IMG/VR virus record: IMGVR_UViG_3300047400_000322
Coordinates: 1-24,677 of that record
DNA from: a virus
Taxonomy: Duplodnaviria; Caudoviricetes
Direction: 5' to 3' (one strand)
Length of the DNA: 24,677 nucleotides
In this document: positions 8,197 through 16,900 of the stretch, piece after piece
Position numbering within the stretch: position 1 is the first letter of the stretch
Layout: every line of letters begins with the position of its first letter
Made by a program: the position numbers and the translations under genes
Notes under the pieces: generated by a model
Seen by the model: the letters and a program-made list of their open reading frames with translations, nothing else
Told to the model about the DNA's origin: nothing
Database searches by the model: none

Positions 8197-8457
8197 TTAT
8201 TCCTCTACAGCTGGAGAAGCTGAAATTGATTGTTCAACAAACGGTGTTTCAATAATTGGCTCAGGAATCGGATTACCGTTTTCATCTAATCCGTGATTAA
8301 GACGATCGTTCTTAATAATCTCTAAAACAACATCAACTCGTTCTTTAATTTCGCATTCAGTATCTTCTTCTGCACGCATTGCAAATCCATTAGAATCACA
8401 AATGTGTGTTCCTTGCTCACTAATAAGATATTCACCTGCTAGAATTTTAATTTTCAT
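8197..8457 (-). CDS. Hypothetical acidic protein, 86 aa, after the tail-collar gene
   Basis: Tightly packed in the operon (4 nt and 3 nt gaps). Acidic, Pro/Glu-rich tail. Confidence 0.65.
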   Translation of the reverse strand: MKIKILAGEYLISEQGTHICDSNGFAMRAEEDTECEIKERVDVVLEIIKNDRLNHGLDENGNPIPEPIIETPFVEQSISASPAVEE

Positions 8458-8461
8458 AATT

Positions 8462-8953
8462 TTAAAATTTAATGATGTGATTTACGCCAATATTAGCGGG
8501 ACGAGTTTCTGTGCCAGTGCGGGGAGTACCGTTTGTGCCGTCTGTAATTAAAGAAGTAACACCACCTGCGGTAGCGCTTGCAATAGATCCGCCCGTTGCT
8601 GAAACAATTGCAACAGACCCAAGCCCAAGTAAGCTATTATTATAACCAGAATAAGAATGATAATGTCCTTGTGCTTGATCACCTTGAGTCGCGCCTCTAG
8701 TTCCTGTGTAACTAATGGCACTAATTGTCTGACTTCCAGCTCCACGTAAAAATACACCTTGAGTGTTTGGAAGATTGAACGTGGTTAATCCGTCTCCTGA
8801 TCCATATGCAGTGCCAATCGCGGCAAAAAGTGCTGCATATGTTGTACGACTTACAGCGCTTCCATCACAAAGAAGCCAACCGTCTGGAGCGGAATTTCCA
8901 GCAAACGGAAGAACTGCTCCAGATGGTGCTAACGATGACACTAAAAATCCCAT
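8462..8953 (-). CDS. Stand-alone phage tail collar domain protein, 163 aa
   Basis: PSGAVLPFAG..APDGWLLCDGSAVSRTTYAALFAAIGT.YG.GDG.TTFNLP...FLRG, HxH (GHYH), ETRPANIGVNHIIKF. This matches the tail collar (T4 gp12-like) signature. Confidence 0.92.
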   Translation of the reverse strand: MGFLVSSLAPSGAVLPFAGNSAPDGWLLCDGSAVSRTTYAALFAAIGTAYGSGDGLTTFNLPNTQGVFLRGAGSQTISAISYTGTRGATQGDQAQGHYHSYSGYNNSLLGLGSVAIVSATGGSIASATAGGVTSLITDGTNGTPRTGTETRPANIGVNHIIKF

Positions 8954-8961
8954 AAAATTCC

Positions 8962-10131
8962 TTAGATCAAGAAAAAGTTTATTCCGTCACTTATAATAGT
9001 AAGTGAATCGTTTTTAGTTAATAGAGATTTGCTCGCTGCGCCATCAATCGTACCACTTGGCGGACTAATGACGACAGTATTTGTGCTAGAATCAATCTTC
9101 TTGATATGAAAAATCTTACCCGCAGTCGGAGCAGGAAGCGTGATTGTCTTTGTTCCAGCAGAGGCATCCACTAAAATGGCAGTATTTCCGTTTGCAAGAG
9201 TTGTATTAGAAGAAATCGAAACTATTGAAGTATATACTAGTGCATCACTTTCAGAAGTAATTTTAACTGCCGTTGAACTCCCCGCTGCGTTTATGGTAAG
9301 AGTTGAAGAACTAGTAGCAACTCCAACTGGGACAACCCATTGTCCAGCTGATGTCGGAGGAGATGTTTGAAGAGCTCCGGCTGCTGAAATGCTAGCGAAT
9401 ACTTGCTTACCAGTGTTTAAAGTACTAAGACCTGCGATTCCTCCGCTTATCTGTACTCTAACGAGCGAACCGATAGATGCTGCATCAATAGCGAAACCGA
9501 TAAACTCAATTCTAGCATCGTTGGTTGCGTCTAATTTATAAGCGCGACCAGCGGTTCGTCCACCATCGGATGCACCTACTGAAACGTAGATCAGATCATT
9601 GACTGAAATTGATTCTCCAGCTGTCAAAGTTACTGTTGTTTTACCGCCAACACCACCGACAGTCATCCATCTAGATAACGTAGAGCTATATATTAAAGAC
9701 AGCGATGCGTTGTTATCTAACGATATCGCTCCGCCTGTGCCTGTTCTTATCCTATTGGCTACAGTTGCGCCAGTATTGTCGTTAAACTGAATACTGTTGC
9801 CAGTGCTGTTCATCACAGTTAAAAATTGACCGTCGTTTCCTGCTGATATTCCATCTACGCTCGATAAAGAGCTATTAGTCAGTATCAAGCATGGAGTAGT
9901 TACTGTACTTATTGTCGCGTTTGCTCCGCTAGTAGAGCTGTCACTTATAATATCTGATCTCATTGATCGGCTATCATTTAAGTCAGACCAATTACCGTTT
10001 TTATAGGTCCTAAAGCGAGGCGGCGAGAGGTCCGATCTAAAGATTAGATCGCCTTCTTGAGCATCTGAGGGATCAGACGCTACGCCAGAAATCAGTAGTC
10101 CAGTGCGGACTTTTTGGTGCACTTTCGCCAT
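8962..10131 (-). CDS. Tail fibre-like/virion accessory protein, ~389 aa
   Basis: ATG 10131 follows GGAGA. S/T/G-rich. Contains an AGESI...IYV...IGFA...VGVA cement-like domain and a C-terminal IKKIDSS...TIDG...SDGINFFLI module shared with the 2391-aa fibre. Confidence 0.82.
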   Translation of the reverse strand: MAKVHQKVRTGLLISGVASDPSDAQEGDLIFRSDLSPPRFRTYKNGNWSDLNDSRSMRSDIISDSSTSGANATISTVTTPCLILTNSSLSSVDGISAGNDGQFLTVMNSTGNSIQFNDNTGATVANRIRTGTGGAISLDNNASLSLIYSSTLSRWMTVGGVGGKTTVTLTAGESISVNDLIYVSVGASDGGRTAGRAYKLDATNDARIEFIGFAIDAASIGSLVRVQISGGIAGLSTLNTGKQVFASISAAGALQTSPPTSAGQWVVPVGVATSSSTLTINAAGSSTAVKITSESDALVYTSIVSISSNTTLANGNTAILVDASAGTKTITLPAPTAGKIFHIKKIDSSTNTVVISPPSGTIDGAASKSLLTKNDSLTIISDGINFFLI

Positions 10132-10169
10132 CGTCAGTCTCCAGTCCAACTATCGTGGTAGACCTTATA

Positions 10170-10177
10170 AATATACC
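10170..10177 (-). promoter_or_regulatory. Putative internal promoter -10-like box GG-TATATT
   Basis: Lies in the 56-nt gap before ATG 10131. Resembles GGTAGAAT, GGTAAAAT and GGTATCAT in the other intergenic gaps. Confidence 0.3.
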
Positions 10178-10187
10178 AGAAAAACGC

Positions 10188-10985
10188 TTAGAATTTAATT
10201 ATATAGTTAATGTATATATTTTTGACTCTTGTTTCAGCTGATAGTCTAGTAGGACCTTTCATAGTGTCACTAACAGCGCCGTCTTGATCGTCGGTATCCT
10301 TGAATCCGGGTCCAGAACCGCCATCGGCAGATGCCCAATATGCACCTCCACCCCATGCAGAATTACCGCCCATTGAAGTTGCGGTCACACGATGCCTATG
10401 TGCCTGCAAAGAATCATCTTGCTGAGAACCGATATTAGCACCTGAGTTACCGCCTTTTGCACTGCGCAATCTGCTACCTACGTCAGGATCTTCCCATTGA
10501 GATATCGCAACGGCGGCGAATGACCCACTTATAGCTACCTTAGTGGGCACTGCAGCAGTTGCATTATCTTTACTTGAAGCAAAAGCTATAGTATTAGTGT
10601 CTATCACTATTACCCAATAATCTGTATTTGTAGTTAAATTAGTTGGTAACGTAGTAGCACTTGTGACTCTTATTTTTATACCGGACCTATTAAAACCGTG
10701 AGCAGTTATAGGTAAATTGCTACTAGAGATTGTCCCAGAACCAGATGTAGCAGTAAGATTAGGACCTATGCCGCGCAAGAATGTCCATCTATAGTCTGGT
10801 AAATTGAACGTAGTTGATCCATCGCCGGAGCCGTAAGAAGTGCCAATTGTTGCAAATAAAGCTGCATACGTGGTTCTAGATACAGCACTGCCATCGCATA
10901 ACAACCAACCAGTTGGTGCGCTACTAGCTGCAAATGGCAGAACTGAGGCAGGAGGAATTATTTCTGATATCGCTAAAAATCCCAT
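10188..10985 (-). CDS. Stand-alone phage tail collar domain protein with an inserted domain, 265 aa
   Basis: APTGWLLCDGSAVSRTTYAALFATIGTSYGSGDGSTTFNLPD..FLRG, ~90-aa insert, DPD..SR, AHRH, ETRVKNIYINYIIKF. Paralog of 8462-8953. Confidence 0.92.
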   Translation of the reverse strand: MGFLAISEIIPPASVLPFAASSAPTGWLLCDGSAVSRTTYAALFATIGTSYGSGDGSTTFNLPDYRWTFLRGIGPNLTATSGSGTISSSNLPITAHGFNRSGIKIRVTSATTLPTNLTTNTDYWVIVIDTNTIAFASSKDNATAAVPTKVAISGSFAAVAISQWEDPDVGSRLRSAKGGNSGANIGSQQDDSLQAHRHRVTATSMGGNSAWGGGAYWASADGGSGPGFKDTDDQDGAVSDTMKGPTRLSAETRVKNIYINYIIKF

Positions 10986-10995
10986 ATGTTAAACC

Positions 10996-13900
10996 TTATA
11001 TTAACCAAAAATTAGTTCCATCACTTGTTATAGTTACGCTTGAATATTGAGTTGTTACATTTCTAGTCGCAGTGCCATCTATAGTTCCACTAGGTGGAGT
11101 TATTACGATGTTATTCAAACTTGAATCTATCTTCTTAATGTTTATTATTATTCCTGCTGTCGGTGTCGGTAAAGTTATAGTTATATTTCCGCTAGTCGTG
11201 TTCACTAGAACAACCTGATTACTGTTGGTCAGCGTAGTATTTGCGGAAACAGCGCTGACTGGTATACCTGTTTGAAAGTCGGATACACCTACCCAGCTAG
11301 AATTTTTATAAAGTTCTAATCTACTGTTAGTTGTATTATAAACAGTAGATCCGCTCATCGGACTGCTTATAGCATTTCTTTCTGTAGTTGTAAATCTGTT
11401 AGGGTACCAGACATCCGCGGTTCTTATGGCGTTTTTTGAACCCGTGTCTGAAATAGCTCCGCCAGTATTAACCCAACTCTCAACTAGATTGTTACTATTG
11501 CCTGTTATGTTTGCGCTATTATATTTGATGCTTTTAACTGTGCAGTTATTAGCGCTCACGGTTAGCGATCCGTTTATTACGCTAGTGTTTCCAACACCTT
11601 CTAGGATGACGTTATTTACGTTTACGTTTACTGATTCTGTGAAGGTGCCAGATAGCACCAATATTCTTCCGCCGCTGCTCGCTGCAGCTATAGCAGCATT
11701 TATAGAGGTATGCGTTGCTATGTTCTGCGCGACCTGCGCCGCGGATCCAACTATAAAACCAAGACCGTTTACTACTGGAGAAGATGGCGTATATGATGTA
11801 ATTACTCCGCTTGGTCCGCCAGAAGCGTCGCTCCATCTCTTGACAGAGTACTTCATCGTGGCATCTGTTCCAGTAGATGTACTCACATAAGAGACGACTA
11901 TATTCGAGCCAGATATTGCGGCAGAAAATACTATGCCAACATCGCCTATCGCAGCTGAGTTGCCAGATATAGCTGCAGTGGTTCCATCTGTCGTCACGAA
12001 CAAAGTGCCAGTTTCTCTGGTTGCTCCTCTAACTATCGTGTAGTCTATTATCGAAGACTCTGATCCTGCGTAGGCGTAACTTATAGCTGAAGTTGGAGAA
12101 GAAGTATTATTAACTAAAGTCTTTATGTATAGAGCTGACTGCTCGTAGTAGTTTGCTCCTTGAAATTGTCTTATCTTATCGTTGAAGACCCAGTTAGTGC
12201 CGTTAAATATGCCTATGGTCTCTGCGAATGCTGTGCCTTGCTGACCTATCGCAGTATCGCCGTCGCCAGGAGTATCAGATCCGTTGAAGACGAACTGTGG
12301 CTGCCAAGCGGTAATATTGCCGACGGTTCCTTGTGCCTTGTATATCTTGCTGTTGTTCGAAGAAAGATTCGTGAACAGCACGAGATCGTCTGGAAGGACG
12401 GCAACAGAGTCGATGCTGACTGCACCAAGCGGTAGCGAAGTGTTCGTTGCACTTACTAACTTAACCTTTTGCAGACCAGTTCCGCCGCCTGAGCCGCTAC
12501 CGACTCCGAGCTGCATCACCTTTGATTGAGCAGACGCGGCCGGTAAGCTAAATGAAGCGTTATCGAACGCTAGTATGGTACCTGATCCACCAGTTCCGTT
12601 ATCTTTGACTACTACGTAGCCTAACTTCTTTACTCCGCCTATGGCAGGCTTGACCGCGAGCGTAGGCGTAGATCCGCTAGCAGATCCAGCTAGCACGTTA
12701 AGCTGGATGGTTACTGTGTTGTCCGTGTTCGTGCTAGAAGGATTAATGGCTACCGAGTACCACAGGTAGTTGTTCGCGCTTATTGTTGCAGGTGTGAAGT
12801 TTATTCCTAGTGCTGAGCTAAAATCTGTGCTTAGCGGCAGTGTAGCGTCGCCGCCGTATATGGTGCCGGTTGCGAAGTCAATTTCTGCTCCGGTGAACGA
12901 CATCTTCAGCGAGCTTAGCTCTTGTATTATGGTTTCGCCTGTGAATGTTACTCTGTCTGCACCAGTTATTCTTACTCTGGTCTTCGTTCCGCTAGTCTTC
13001 GCTATCATGCGAAGTTGACCAAAGTACTTGTCGAACTCTGCGTCGTGGCGAGCTACAGCGTCTGCAAGCCCTTCGGAATTGCTGGTTATTCTGTTTACCG
13101 CACCTCTAGACGCATAGTTTGGATCGCTGGTAGACTCGCTCACGTTTGAGCCTAACAGCTGCAAGTTCTGATTAGATAGTCCAGCCTCTAGTGCCTGACT
13201 CTCGCCGTCTATCAGCCTAAAAGTGTTGTTGCCTACTATTAGATCATTGCCGAGTCTTCTTGCGATTATAACTCTATTGTTGTTAGTAGTTATAGCGCCG
13301 ATGTCTCCGACGCTTATAGTTAAGTTCGCAGACGCACCAGTTGTTCTGTTTATATCTACGTATGCAACTTGACCATCAGACGACAACGCAACTGATCCAG
13401 TAGGTATCGTGTTTCTGTTCTCAGGTATTCCAGGTACCTGAATATAAGCTGCTGAGCTCCAGCTTAACGTAGCAGTTGGAGTTAATGTCCAGCTCCAGTT
13501 CCCACCTCTAACTAGCTCGATATTTCTGTCTTGAAACGAATCTGCTTTAGAAGAAGCCTGATCGTCGATCCTGTCGAGAGCCTTCTGAACGTCGTTTTCT
13601 GCCGCCGTTAGTAGTCCGTTGAAGCTAGAAGTGTTCGTGAATATTGCGGATGCTGGGTGATCTTGATCTGTTAATCCAGAAAGTAGACCGTGGTCAGCTG
13701 GAGTATACGCTGCAACAGATACGTCAACAGCTTTTCTAAGATCTCTTACGTCTCTTAGTGCTGCCTTTATAGTATTAACGTAATTTGTATCTACCTTATA
13801 GATAATTCTATAAAGTACCTTCATCTCTTGAGAGGGTAGAGTGCCTAATGAAAGAGTTTCGTATCTATTATTTTCTTGAGCTAGAACGAGCGTCGCGTCT

Positions 13901-16900
13901 TGTCTTTGACCTGCTATTGCGATCACGGGCTCTTGTATGTTGTTGGTGGCAAATACCCACATCGCAACATATGAACTACTGTCTGCGTTGACCGTAGACC
14001 ACGACGTCCCATCGTACTTATTGAACTGAGGCACAGTCCCGTCTTGCCCTTGCGTAGTTACAGTAGCGGTAAAGCCAGACAAATTCACTATGGCAGCGTC
14101 TGTGGTCCAGCCTTTTTGCGCGTTTGCGACAGTGACTGTAGAAGTACTTACGCTTACGCTAAAAGCAGATATCGCGCTAAGTGCAGTGCTAGTTTTTGTT
14201 GCAACTGTAGCAGCCGCATCGCCAGTTAAGATATCTACGAGTATTTCAGTTCTATTGGGTACTACTGGAGCTGTACCTAGACCATCTTTTCTATACCATA
14301 CAAAGAACTGCTGAGAATCGTTGTAGGCGTTTATCGTGAAATATTGACCGGAAGTTATTGTGGCCGCAGAAGAGCAAACGATGTTGGTAGATTCTGCTAC
14401 GCCTGTTGCAACAGTGCCAGGAATAAGCGGCGTGTCTGTCGCGGTTAATTTTCTCCAGTTACCCGCGGTTCCGCTTCTATAGTAAACCGGAAGATTAGCA
14501 ATCGGGCTTAATTTTTGCTGAAAGGGCAGACTAGGAGTTGCACTGTTGGCAACGCTTAGAACTAGATCTTCGTCGTATATTTTTCCGTCAGCAATGCTTA
14601 GTTGGGCATCGCTGCTAGAAGAACCAGTGCCAGCGATAGTGTAGTTACCTGCAGCAAAACCGTTAGATATCTGGGTTCCATGTACGTTGTGAAGATAGTT
14701 GTGCGTTGCCCAGTCAAGCGATAGTCCATGGCGCTCATCTCCGAGCATTATGGCCTTAGAATTCGTTGCGTCCCAGTATGCTGTAGCAACGTATGCTTGC
14801 TGGTTAAGTATGCTTATGTCAAAAGTAGATTGATTCTTAAGCTCATTGTTCTCAAAATAGAAGAAGTAGATACCTTCTACGTTCGGTATCTGACTTGTTG
14901 CGCCAGTGCTGCGGAATCTAGTGCCTCTTATGTAGTAGTCAAAGCTAGATCCGACAGGGCTTATGGTCAGCGTTCTGCTGGCGTCGCTAAAAGATAACGT
15001 AGAGTCAGCTGTGTTCGGGAAACCAGTTGGCTCAAACGAAACATCAGCGTTGTCAGCTCTTCTCCAGTCTATGCCGTCGTAGATCCATTTAGACGTATAC
15101 CACTTGTTAGTGGTAGATGGATCTACCCATACTTCGCTGCCACTCTGCGGATTAGTGCTTCCGTTGAAGCAGGACAGCTTAGTCCACTGCACAGCAGTAG
15201 ATACGTTTGAGGCTACGTATATACCTCTATCGGACGTAGTACTTAATTTAGTGAAAAGTACCTTGTCTCCGTTCGATATAGAAACGCTGTCTATGGTCGC
15301 AGAGGACGGTAGAGATGTAGAAGATATGTCGACCATTCTAACTCTATTGATAGAGTTGGATTGACCGTATATTTTCTTGTTGTCTCCGTGCGAGATTATG
15401 GCGCTGTGGTTGCCAATTATTACGTCTTGGCCAACTCTTCTAGCTATTACGAATCTATCAGTAGTTAAAACTAAATCGCTTTGGTTGACTACTACTGGAG
15501 TTTTTAATCCGCCTGGCACAACACGGCTGGCATCTATATAAGCTACTTGACCATCTTGCAGCACCAAAGATCCAGCAGCTATCTCATTGACGGTCTCTGA
15601 TAAGCCAGGTATCTGCAGATAAGCGCTGCTGTCCCAAGCTAAAGTGTTAGAAGATAGATCCCAGCTCCAGATACCGCCTTTTACTAGCTTCAGCAGCTGA
15701 TTCTGTCTTATTACTGTGTTTAGATAGCCCTTTGCAGGCGTTGAGCCCGGCGGTATAACGGACTCATCCCATATGTATATGGTTGAATCAGTGAGTCTAG
15801 CCGCGATGATAAATATGTTTTCATCTATCGGTAGTTCATCTGCATCGACAACAATGATGCTTGGTAGAGTTGGGTAGTTTCTGTCGATCGAAACGTACGC
15901 GACTTGGCCAACCAACAGCGAAATACCTGGAGATGCGCTCGGGAGTGCAACAACTGCGTTAGCCCCTGAACCAGGAACCATTAGAGTTAGAGTGCTGCCA
16001 ACAGGAGTAAACGTTATCTCTTGCGCACTACCGTTGGTAGTGTTGTTTATCATCCTTAGATCTTTGTTGTCTAAGAATTTAATAGTTTTATCTTGCGCCT
16101 TGTCTGCCATCATGGCAGTTAACTTGCTTACTCTTGCTGTTAGACTGTCGGTGTCTAAAGAGTTGTAGTTGTTGAAACCATCGAGCGTATCGTACGACGG
16201 TGGAACGAAGTACTGCGGATGCGTTTCCGACAGAGACGTCATTCCGACAAACTGCTTTATGTTGTCTGTCTCAGCTTCACCTATAGATACTTTTTCGCCT
16301 TGGACTATCTTTGATATTCCCTGCTCGGCTCTGACATTTATTCTGGACTGAGTTAGTGTACCAGAAGTTTCCGACGCGACAGAAGCGGAAAAAGCGAACT
16401 GTACAGTTGTACTAGATCTAACTCTAATTGAGTAAGATCCGTTGTAGTTGGTAGTATCTGTTATGTGAATTACGTCTTCTGAGTCTAAGCCGTGCGCAGC
16501 TGATTCTAGCTCAAGACCGTATCCGTTGTCTCGCGAAGATGTTACAGCTAGAGCATAAAAAGCAGTAAAAGCTCCAGAAGTAGAAGCAGCGGTCTGTATG
16601 TAGAATACGTTAGCGTCTTCGACTTCTACTTGATATGTTCCTGCATGCGCCGCTGGCGCTGTTACGGTTATTCTTTCTCCGTCTATTAGACCGTGCGGAG
16701 TCGCAGTGTATATCTTTGCGGTCTTGCCGTCAGGCCCGCTCAAAGTACCTGAAAGAGCAACAGTCTCTATTTGGGAGATATTTTGAATTACGTCTGATCT
16801 AGTCGCCAGCCAGTGAAAATTTCCACCGGCTTGAGTTAGTGCTGCATTATTCTTGTCTGAGACTACTACGTCCGATGACTCGTAAATTCCGCGATCAAAA

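Noticed and set aside
10166-10173. T4 late promoter TATAAATA
   Set aside because: It is on the plus strand, antisense to all local genes, and I did not see it upstream of other structural genes.
5295-10985. Invertible tail-fibre shufflon
   Set aside because: All cassettes are co-oriented. No inverted crossover sites or recombinase gene were seen.
8462-10985. Microcystin-dependent protein (MdpB) function for the two collar genes
   Set aside because: That label is commonly attached to tail-collar domains. The context is clearly a phage tail operon.
8954-10998. Stop read-through or programmed frameshift fusing the fibres to the collar genes
   Set aside because: The spacers are 8 and 10 nt, so both are out of frame and in different frames. 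Both have TAAGG SD-like sequences, which fits independent initiation.
11426-11890. 154-aa plus-strand ORF and the other short ORFs nested in large genes
   Set aside because: They are antisense or alternative-frame shadows of S/T/G-rich structural genes and have no recognisable motifs.
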